Assembly (NCBI GenBank): GCA_041687695.1
Contig: JAWLBL010000013.1
Location: forward strand, 1 to 64,000
DNA length: 64,000 nucleotides
From: Myxococcota bacterium
GTDB lineage: Bacteria; Myxococcota_A; UBA9042; PHBI01; JAWLBL01
Direction: 5' to 3'
The translations under genes and the position numbers were made by a program. Positions 40,847 through 48,864 of this stretch are shown here, piece by piece. The notes beneath the pieces were generated by a model that saw only the letters and a list, made by a program, of their open reading frames with translations, searched no databases and was not told where the DNA came from. The first letter of the stretch is position 1, and every line of letters starts with the position of its first letter.

Positions 40847-42670
40847 CTATTCTCGCGGTCGCGAGGGGTCCGGGGCGCCCTCGGGAGCGATCCGGTCGGG
40901 GGGCTCCCGGGGGCCTTCGGAACAGGGGGCTCCCTCGGGGCATTCCGGGCACCGTCGGCCCAGCGTCACCGCGTCGACGTAGACGCCCTCGCCCTCGTTC
41001 GCGTGCTCGTCGCCGGTGTCGAAGCGCAAGCCGACCCGGACGGGCTGGCCGGCGAGGCCGTCGAGGGGGATCTCGACCTGCCGCCACTGGCCCGCGGTGG
41101 TGCCGCCCATCAGATCGGAAGACCAGACGACCGATGGGGCGAGCCCGTCGAGGACCTCCCAGCGGACCAGGACCTCGAGGCGGTCCACGCCGGCCGGGTT
41201 CGTCAGTGGGCCCGGCTCGGACCACTCGGTCTCCATCCAGACGGACGCGCGCAGCGCGGGCAGCTCGCTCGGGACGGTCACGGGGGGCGACCACAGCGTG
41301 CCCTGGGCCGAAGCGCCGGGCGGGGCGAGCCCCGGCGTGTCTGGCAGGCCGAAACGCAGCGCCATCTGGCCGTCGACCGCGCGGAGGGCCGACAGATGCC
41401 AGGCTGCGCCGGAGTCGTCGGGCTCGAAGGTCCAGGCCTCGTCGAGCGGGACCTCGAAGCCGCCGGGGTCGGGCCAGACGTCGTCGTGGGTGCAGCAGGT
41501 GGGCGTCAGGGTGCGTGTGACCTGACAGCGCCCGCCGACGCAGGCCACCGCGTCGCAGGCGTCGGCGGGGACGCAGTCGGCCCGCTTCTCGCAAGGCTGG
41601 CAGACGAGCTGTGGGTCCGGCGCGGACAGGACGCACAGCGCGTCGTCGACCCCGGCGACCGGGGTGGGGACGCCGACCTGGCAGGGCTGGGCGGCGGCGC
41701 AGTCGCGCTGGCCCGCGCAGACGCGGGTGACGCGTAGGCCGCCGACGTACAGGCCCTCGTGGTGGTTGTCGACGCCGTCGAGCGTGTCGAAGGCCAGGCG
41801 CAGCGACACGGTCTGCCCGACCCAGCGCGACAGGTCGACCAGCACCGGCGTCCACTGGGCGCGGGGCAGCGGGTGGGTGCGGGACGACCAGAGGGTCTCG
41901 ATGTAGCCCGAGGGCAGGACGGCGCGGACCTCGAGGCCGTCGTAAGGCGTGTGGGTGGCGGGGCCGCGGGGCTCGACCTCGAAGCTGGCCCAGACCCAGA
42001 GCTCGGCCACCAGCGGACCGCCGGTGGGCAGCGCGATGGAGGGCGTGGTGAGCCCCAGCGAGACCGGGGCCGCTGCGGCGCCGGGGAGCGGGGTGCAGGC
42101 GGCGTCGAGGGGGCCCGAGAAGTAGGTCGGGCAGGTGACGTGGCCCGCGTGGAAGGAGGGGCGGCCCTCGAGGCCCCGGCGCGAGGTCAGGTGCCAGGTG
42201 ACGGCGTCGTTGGGGAGCGAGTCGCTGATGAGCGACGCGGCGAGCGTGTCGGCCGACGGCTCGAGGGTGTGCACGGTCTCGTCACAGGGCGCGTCGGGCA
42301 GGTCGAGGCGGGGCACGCAGCCGCCGGCCTGGCAGGTCGCCTCGCAGGTGGCGGTGTGGTGTGTGGTGCTGCTGGCGCACGGGCCGGGGACCGAGCAGCA
42401 GTCGAGCTTGTAGCGGAGCTGGCACACCCCATTGGGGCACCAGCCCTCGTAGCAGCAGTCGTCGAGGTGGGCGCAGTCGTCGCGGCGGGTGCAGGTCGAG
42501 ACGGGGCCGCCGTCCGCGGGTGGCAGCTCGAACCCGGCGTCCGCGGCGTCGGCGGGTTCGAGGACCTCGGCGTCGTCCGGGGAGGGGAGCTCGAGCGGGG
42601 CGGGCGACGGCGCTCCGCAGGCCGCCACGAGCGCCGACGCGAGGGCCACGAGGGCGGAGCGGGGCGTCAT
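40847..42670 (-). CDS. Cys-rich lipoprotein with two beta-sandwich (MAM/immune-inhibitor-like) domains
   Basis: Lipobox VAAC; CC-containing segments alternate with two similar domains ending FDTLDGVDNHHEGLYV and FDTGDEHANEGEGVYVD. Confidence 0.78.
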   Translation of the reverse strand: MTPRSALVALASALVAACGAPSPAPLELPSPDDAEVLEPADAADAGFELPPADGGPVSTCTRRDDCAHLDDCCYEGWCPNGVCQLRYKLDCCSVPGPCASSTTHHTATCEATCQAGGCVPRLDLPDAPCDETVHTLEPSADTLAASLISDSLPNDAVTWHLTSRRGLEGRPSFHAGHVTCPTYFSGPLDAACTPLPGAAAAPVSLGLTTPSIALPTGGPLVAELWVWASFEVEPRGPATHTPYDGLEVRAVLPSGYIETLWSSRTHPLPRAQWTPVLVDLSRWVGQTVSLRLAFDTLDGVDNHHEGLYVGGLRVTRVCAGQRDCAAAQPCQVGVPTPVAGVDDALCVLSAPDPQLVCQPCEKRADCVPADACDAVACVGGRCQVTRTLTPTCCTHDDVWPDPGGFEVPLDEAWTFEPDDSGAAWHLSALRAVDGQMALRFGLPDTPGLAPPGASAQGTLWSPPVTVPSELPALRASVWMETEWSEPGPLTNPAGVDRLEVLVRWEVLDGLAPSVVWSSDLMGGTTAGQWRQVEIPLDGLAGQPVRVGLRFDTGDEHANEGEGVYVDAVTLGRRCPECPEGAPCSEGPREPPDRIAPEGAPDPSRPRE

Positions 42671-42808
42671 GCGTCGGGACCTCCTGAACGCCCGCGACCG
42701 CCGCGGGGTCGCCGCATTGTGCAGGGCGGTCGGGGGTGAGTCCACCGAGGGGCGCCGGGTCGGCCAGGGCCGCCAAGGGGGCAAGGGGCGGGCGCGGGCG
42801 CCGCGGCG

Positions 42809-43501
42809 CTACAGGTTGGCCGTGTAGGGGAAGCGGAAGTGCAGCATCGCGAACACCTGGCCGATGTGCCAGATGACGTCGGGGCCGACGTCCGGGACCT
42901 TGGTGATGGCGCCGCCGATGGCCTGCGGCAGGTAAAAGCCCGAGGACCAGCCCAGGCTGATGCCGAAGGAGCGGACGAACATGACCTCGAGCTCGGCCTT
43001 GAGATCCACGCCGGGGCGCAGGAAGTGGGTGTCCGAGCCGCCCGCGAGGGTGTCCGAGGTGATGAACGCGTAGGTCAGCAGGGCGCCGGCGCCGACCGTG
43101 AACCGCACGGGGCCTCGGAGCAGGGGGACGTTGAAGCCGATGGGGCGCCAGGTCGCGCCGAACATGCCGGTGTAGCGCGTCTTCGGCGAGATGTAGAGCG
43201 TGTCGGGGATGAAGATGGACGGCGAGATGCGCACCTCGTCCATCCTGGCCGCCGCCGCCCGGTACTTGGCGGGGATGCGGTTCTGGTTCGCCTTGATGGT
43301 CTGCTGGTCGATGATGGCGGCGACGTTCAGCTTGACCCCGTAGTGGAACAGCTGGTCCGAGGCCACCTGCCCGAACACGATGTGTCCGGCGGGCCCGACG
43401 CCCACGTCGACCGGCACGGTGACCTGGGCGCCCCGCGCCGGCCCGGCGACCAGCGTCAGAGCCAAGGCGGCGGCGGACAGGCAGGCGGTCAGGCGCGTCA
43501 T
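42809..43501 (-). CDS. Exported hypothetical protein, probable outer-membrane beta-barrel
   Basis: Signal peptide; amphipathic beta strands; aromatic-rich C-terminus (HIGQVFAMLHFRFPY). Confidence 0.7.
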   Translation of the reverse strand: MTRLTACLSAAALALTLVAGPARGAQVTVPVDVGVGPAGHIVFGQVASDQLFHYGVKLNVAAIIDQQTIKANQNRIPAKYRAAAARMDEVRISPSIFIPDTLYISPKTRYTGMFGATWRPIGFNVPLLRGPVRFTVGAGALLTYAFITSDTLAGGSDTHFLRPGVDLKAELEVMFVRSFGISLGWSSGFYLPQAIGGAITKVPDVGPDVIWHIGQVFAMLHFRFPYTANL

Positions 43502-43645
43502 GCGATCTCCTCGTGGCCGAGCGTTGCCCGCGCATCATGGCGCGCCAGCCGCGGCCCGCGCAACCGCATCGAGGTGCGGTTGAGGGCGAGGCCCGACTCG
43601 TGCTACCCACGAGAGACCGTCCACTTCATAGCTGGAGGCAGGCGC

Positions 43646-45727
43646 ATGCGAAAGCCTGTTCGAGCCGTAGGCCCCTTGGTAGTCCTCATGAGTGCTGTAG
43701 CGGTGGCCGCTTGCGGTTGGGATCCGCTGTCCGCCTACGACGTCCCGGACGTCGAGGACATGGACTCGCCGGAGCCCGACACCGACGCCAAGGCCGGTGA
43801 GGTCGAGGGCGACGCCGTGGAGGACCTCGGACACGACGGCGCCTGGGACATGGATGATGGTTTGGACCTCGTCGAAGCCGTCGACGGGGAGGCTGGTGGC
43901 GACGCGGACGCCGCGGCTGAGACTGGCGACGGCGGCATCGGCCAGGATGGCGACGCCGACGTAGAGCCATCTGAGTGTGAGGTGGACGAGGACTGTACGG
44001 GGCCGGCGCCCCCGTGCCACCAACGCTCGTGCGTCGATGGGACCTGCGTGGCCGAGCCGGTCGACGACGGCATGCCGTGCGACGACGGGGACGCCTGCAC
44101 GGCTGGTGACACCTGTCAGGCTGGACTGTGTGCGAGCGGCGCGCCCAAGGTCTGCACGGCGAGCGACGCTTGCCACGAAGCGGGCGCTTGTGACCCGGCG
44201 ACCGGCGAGTGCAGTGATCCGGCCAGTGCTGACGGGAAGGTCTGTGACGACGGGCTGGTCTGTACGGATCAAGATGCCTGCAACGCGGGCGTGTGCGTCG
44301 GGAGCCCCGTCACGTGTGCGGCCCCGATCGTCGCGTGCGCCGTCGCCAGCTGCGAGGAGACGTCGCAGGGCTGCGTCACCGACGCGTCGGCTTGCGAATG
44401 CCTGGCCGACGCCGACTGCGGCGCGGGTCACGTCTGCACCGCTGGGGACTGCGTGTGCGTTCCGGCCTGTGATGGTAAGGCCTGCGGTTCCGACGGCTGC
44501 GGCGGGAGTTGCGGCAGCTGCGAGGACGATCAGTCCTGCACTCTTCAGGGCCAGTGCGTGTGTCAGCCCGACTGCGCCGGCAAGCAGTGCGGCGACGACG
44601 GCTGCGGCGGGAGCTGTGGAAGCTGCGGCGTCGGCACCGAATGCTCGCCCGAGGCCACCTGCGTCTGCGTGCCGGCCTGCGACGGGCGCGAGTGCGGCTC
44701 CGACGGCTGCGGAGGATCGTGCGGCTCGTGTGGGTCCGGCGAGGCCTGCTCGGCCCAGGGCCAGTGCGTGTGTCAGCCCGACTGCGCCGGCAAGCAGTGC
44801 GGAGACAACGGCTGTGGCGGCCTGTGCGGCGTCTGCGGCTCCGGCCTGGTCTGTGGGGACGCGAACCAGTGCGTCCAGCCACCCTGCGGCTTGCTCGGCG
44901 AGCCGTGCCCGTCAGGGTTCACGTGCGACGCGTCGGCCGCGGTCGGCACCAGCTATCCGGCCTTCTGCTTGAACCAGACCACGGGCGAGGTCTGGGTTCC
45001 CGCCGGGACCCTCTGGATGGGGTGTAACGCGCTCTTGGACTCGGATTGCGAGTCGAAGGAGAGCCCCCAACACCTGGTGACTGTGGATCAATACGCCATA
45101 GATCGTTTGCCCGTGACCGTCACCGCGTTCAAGGCCTGCGTGGCAGCCGGTGCTTGCGTAGCTCCATCATCAGGCGATTACAGCACCTACTGGAGCTCCG
45201 GCAAGGAAAGTCACCCTGTCAACTATGTATCTTGGAGCCAGGCGTCAGCCTACTGCGCCTGGTCGGGTAAGGCGGCGGGTACCCAGCGACTATGCACCGA
45301 AGCCGAGTGGGAGCGAGCGGCTCGCGGAGGTTGCGAAACCCTCACCGGCGATTGCGCCAGCAACATGCGGCTCTATCCTTGGGGATCAGCAGACGCCACG
45401 TGTACGTACGCGGTGATTTGGGAGTCGCAGCCTGGCTGTGGGACGGACACGTCGTCGCCACCCGGCTTGAAGCCCGCGGGAACGAGCCCGTATGGCGCAA
45501 GCGACATGGGCGGAGGGATGAGAACTTGGGTGAGCGACTGGTATGCGGCCTACGACTCGGCTCCCGCAACCAACCCTGCGGGACCAGCATCGGGTACGCA
45601 GCGTGTGACACGCGGTGGTTCGTTCGCGCTTGCGGGCTCGCATAGCCGGTCTTCCATGAGGTTCTCGACCACTCCGACCAGCAAGAGCTACTTGTACGGC
45701 GTACGATGCTGTAGGCCTATTCAATAG
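43646..45727 (+). CDS. Lipoprotein: acidic linker, Cys-rich repeats and C-terminal FGE-sulfatase (SUMF1, C-type lectin fold) domain
   Basis: ggagg RBS, lipobox VAAC; CDDGDACT and CxPxCxGKxCGxDGCGGSCGSC repeats; VPAGTLWMG, HPVNYVSW, RLCTEAEWERAARG, RVTRGGSF, GVRCC. Confidence 0.88.
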   Translation: MRKPVRAVGPLVVLMSAVAVAACGWDPLSAYDVPDVEDMDSPEPDTDAKAGEVEGDAVEDLGHDGAWDMDDGLDLVEAVDGEAGGDADAAAETGDGGIGQDGDADVEPSECEVDEDCTGPAPPCHQRSCVDGTCVAEPVDDGMPCDDGDACTAGDTCQAGLCASGAPKVCTASDACHEAGACDPATGECSDPASADGKVCDDGLVCTDQDACNAGVCVGSPVTCAAPIVACAVASCEETSQGCVTDASACECLADADCGAGHVCTAGDCVCVPACDGKACGSDGCGGSCGSCEDDQSCTLQGQCVCQPDCAGKQCGDDGCGGSCGSCGVGTECSPEATCVCVPACDGRECGSDGCGGSCGSCGSGEACSAQGQCVCQPDCAGKQCGDNGCGGLCGVCGSGLVCGDANQCVQPPCGLLGEPCPSGFTCDASAAVGTSYPAFCLNQTTGEVWVPAGTLWMGCNALLDSDCESKESPQHLVTVDQYAIDRLPVTVTAFKACVAAGACVAPSSGDYSTYWSSGKESHPVNYVSWSQASAYCAWSGKAAGTQRLCTEAEWERAARGGCETLTGDCASNMRLYPWGSADATCTYAVIWESQPGCGTDTSSPPGLKPAGTSPYGASDMGGGMRTWVSDWYAAYDSAPATNPAGPASGTQRVTRGGSFALAGSHSRSSMRFSTTPTSKSYLYGVRCCRPIQ

Positions 45728-45952
45728 GCCACCGGCTGTCGACGCGTCATGAACGCTTTTTTGAGGCCCGCATCGAGGGCTGCTCAGGTACTCCGGCTCA
45801 AGGCCACCTTCTAGCTAGAGGCGCAGGTAACGCCAGCGATCCCTCTACGTACCTCAAGAAGTGGTGCCTCGGCGGCGCACCTAGGTCACGACGCGTCGGA
45901 AACCAGGGCTGCCAGCCCACGAGCCGCATCGTCCGTCCATGCCGTTGAGCGG

Positions 45953-45993
45953 AAAAGCAAAAGGCGAAGCACCGAGCGGTGCCTCGCCTTTGC
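45953..45993 (-). terminator. Intrinsic terminator of the 46035-48506 gene
   Basis: Minus strand gcaaaggcgaggcaccg-ct-cggtgcttcgccttttgctttt: long stem plus U tract. Confidence 0.8.
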
Positions 45994-46034
45994 AGTGGTC
46001 AGTGGGTCGGCGCTCGCGCGCCGGCCCGCTTAGA

Positions 46035-48506
46035 TCACAGGCAGTGGTTCTTCGGCAGGCCCGAGGTGGCCTTCTCGAAGCAGCCCTTGGTGGTCTCGCC
46101 CCAGGCGTTGGTCGACTCGAGGCACTCGAAGGGCGCGTCGCAGTCGTCCGTGGTCTCGCAGGGCTCGACGCAGTTGAAGGCGGCGAGGTCGCCGGCGTCG
46201 AGGCCGAGGTTGACGCAGGCGAGGTCGCCCGGGCAGTAGGCGCCGAAGTCGCAGGGGGTGCACTCGGCGACCTGCGTGCAGACCGGGACGGCGCCGGTGT
46301 TGTCGGCGTAGATGCCCTTGCGGGGGCGCAGGACCAGGTCGTCACAGACCATGTTGGGCGAGCCCTCGGTCGCGCAGGTGTCGTTGTCGGGGTCGCACAG
46401 CGCCGAGCAGTAGCCCTGGCCGCCCGCGCCCTCGAGGCACAGGCCGCTCACGCACTCGAAGTCCTCGGCGTCCAGATCGCAGGCCTCGCCCAGCTGCTTG
46501 GTCGGGGTCGGCGCGTCGTCGGCCAGGATGTCGATGCAAAGGTAGTCGGTCTTGGACGGGTAGTCGGGGCCGAAGGCGACGACGTAGGGCTGGCAGGACT
46601 GGCCCTCGTCGCAGGTGAAGTCGTCCGAGCAGTCCTCGGCGCTGGAGCCCTGGGGGTTGGGCTGGCAGAGGCTGAGGTAGACGTTGATGGTCGGGTCCTC
46701 GAAGTCGCCGCCCCAGGCGTACAGCAGCGAGGTGCAGCGGCTGGTCAGGGTGACCGGCTGGTTGTCCACGGTGATGTCGAGCGACGGGCACTCGGTCGCC
46801 GCCTCGCAGGTCTGGCTGCAGAAGCCGGGGGTGTTGGTCGCCGCGTCGGCGCCGAGGCACAGGCCCGCCTTGCAGTCCGCGCCGCTCATGCAGGACGCGC
46901 CGTACTCGCCGGCGCCGGCCTCGGCCGGGACGCACTTGCCGCGCAGGGTGTAGGGGCCGTCGGCGACCTGCGCGCCCTCGACGAGGTTCTCGACCTCGTA
47001 GACCTCGCAGGTGTAGCCCTCGCCACAGGAGACCTCGCTGAGGCAGTCCGTGGTCGCGCCCGGGTAGGTCGTGCACCAGTTCAGGGGCAGCGACGCGTCG
47101 GGGTTCTCGTCCTCGTCCACGTCGAGGGTGAACTCGAACACCGTGCAGAGCTGGCCCTTGTCGGTCGCGCAGTCGGCGTCGGTCTTGCAGATGGCCGAGC
47201 AGAACCCGCCGATGCACATGTCCTCGTTGGCGCAGGTGTCGCCCGGGATGTTGTCGTTCGGGTTGGCGTCGCAGGGCTCGCCCAGCGCGGCGCCGCCCTC
47301 GACCTGCGGCAGGCAGATGTGCTGCCAGGCGTGGTCCGGGGGCTCCTCGCCGTTCCAGTTGAAGCGGCAGTAGGCGTCGCCGATGCAGTCGCCGTCGACC
47401 TCGCAGCTCTTGGGCCAGCAGAACTGGGCCTCGTAGGGGGAGTTGCTGAAGATGGTGCGCGGCTCGTCGCAGTACATGCCGCTGCAGTCGAGGTCGGTCG
47501 TGCAGGCGACGTTCGGGGCCTTGCGGCAGGTGCCCGAGCCGGTGTCGCAGCCGTCGGTCGGGTCGCCGGCGGTCGTGTCGCAGTCGGCGTCCGACTTGCA
47601 GTAGCCGACGCAGCCGAGGCCGAAGCACAGACCGGACTCGCAGAAGGCGACGTCGCTCGTGCCGAACGGGTCCTCGTTGCAGATCTCGCCGAGGCTCGCC
47701 GTGCCACCCCACTCACCCGGCTTGACCTTGGTCAGGCACTTCTCGGTGATGGCGGTGCCGACCACGGCGAGGAAGCAGCCCTCGCCCTCGGGGCAGTCGG
47801 TGTCGGCCTTGCAGTTGCCGAAGAACTGGGTCGGCACGCAGAAGGCGCTGACGTTCTGGGCGTCGGGCTGCGAGAAGCTGGCGCAGACGTAGTCCGTGCC
47901 GCCGGGGCCGTCGGCGAAGTCACCGCAGTCGGTCAGCGGCGAGTCGGGGTCCTCGACGCCGTCCTTGCCGGCCGCGCCGGTCTTGTTGTTGACGGTGTCC
48001 TTGTAGATCTCGCAGGGCGTGGTGCACACCGGGTAGGTGATCCACGCGCCCTGGATGCCCGCGTTCAGACAGAACTTCGACGCGCACTGGTCGTGCAGGC
48101 AGTTCGGGTAGTCCTCGTCGTCGGGCGTGCACTCGGCGTTGGCCCCGCAGAAGCTGCCGTTGGGCAGGCCGGGCGCCTCGCACTTGTGCGCGGCGTTGCA
48201 CTGGGTGCCGGCCTGGCAGGTGCCGCAGTTCTTGCCGGTCGCGCTGGTGCCGCACTCCCAGGTCGCCGGGCAGTCGTTGGTCGTCGTGTCGGGGTCGACG
48301 GTCGTGTCGGGGTCGACGGTCGTGTCGGGATCGACGGTCGTGTCGGGCGTGCCGTCGTCCGACTCCGGGACGTCGCCCGTCGTGGTGTCGGTGTCGGTGA
48401 CGTCCGGGGTGGGGCCGACGTTGCCGCCGCCGCTGTCGTCGCAGGCCGCGAGGGCGAACAGGCCCGCCACGACCAGCGACAGGGCATGGGTGCTCAGTAA
48501 CCGCAT
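46035..48506 (-). CDS. Large acidic Cys-rich repeat lipoprotein
   Basis: Lipobox LAAC; DTTVDP linker repeats; recurring LGExC...CxSGLC...GYCS..C modules. Confidence 0.87.
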   Translation of the reverse strand: MRLLSTHALSLVVAGLFALAACDDSGGGNVGPTPDVTDTDTTTGDVPESDDGTPDTTVDPDTTVDPDTTVDPDTTTNDCPATWECGTSATGKNCGTCQAGTQCNAAHKCEAPGLPNGSFCGANAECTPDDEDYPNCLHDQCASKFCLNAGIQGAWITYPVCTTPCEIYKDTVNNKTGAAGKDGVEDPDSPLTDCGDFADGPGGTDYVCASFSQPDAQNVSAFCVPTQFFGNCKADTDCPEGEGCFLAVVGTAITEKCLTKVKPGEWGGTASLGEICNEDPFGTSDVAFCESGLCFGLGCVGYCKSDADCDTTAGDPTDGCDTGSGTCRKAPNVACTTDLDCSGMYCDEPRTIFSNSPYEAQFCWPKSCEVDGDCIGDAYCRFNWNGEEPPDHAWQHICLPQVEGGAALGEPCDANPNDNIPGDTCANEDMCIGGFCSAICKTDADCATDKGQLCTVFEFTLDVDEDENPDASLPLNWCTTYPGATTDCLSEVSCGEGYTCEVYEVENLVEGAQVADGPYTLRGKCVPAEAGAGEYGASCMSGADCKAGLCLGADAATNTPGFCSQTCEAATECPSLDITVDNQPVTLTSRCTSLLYAWGGDFEDPTINVYLSLCQPNPQGSSAEDCSDDFTCDEGQSCQPYVVAFGPDYPSKTDYLCIDILADDAPTPTKQLGEACDLDAEDFECVSGLCLEGAGGQGYCSALCDPDNDTCATEGSPNMVCDDLVLRPRKGIYADNTGAVPVCTQVAECTPCDFGAYCPGDLACVNLGLDAGDLAAFNCVEPCETTDDCDAPFECLESTNAWGETTKGCFEKATSGLPKNHCL

Positions 48507-48864
48507 CAGTCTCTCCTGGGAGGGCGCATCGCCGAAGCTCGCTGCCGGGAACTACGCGAAACTTCTATGTTCTCGCGTAGGGGGGTGCTCTGCACGAAAG
48601 CGGTCGCGGAGCATAGGAGGCCGCTTGCACGGTGTCAAGGCGATCGGGCCGCGGGATTGCTTGCTCTGAGCCGCTCGGGACGGGGCGCGGAGGGGGGGCG
48701 GCGGGGCCGCGCTGCGTCGCACGCGGACGCGCTCGGGGCGGCCACGGGCGGGTTCGGTAACGAGAACCGCGACCAAAGGTGTCCCGGGTGTCGCCTGGCG
48801 TTGGCGCCGTGGGGGGCCTTTGGTACAGTCCGTCCGCGGTGGGCAACCGGAACCGGGCGGCAAG

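Noticed and set aside
43646..45900. Complete diversity-generating retroelement
   Set aside because: No reverse transcriptase, accessory gene or template repeat is visible in the window; kept only as a possible remote target.
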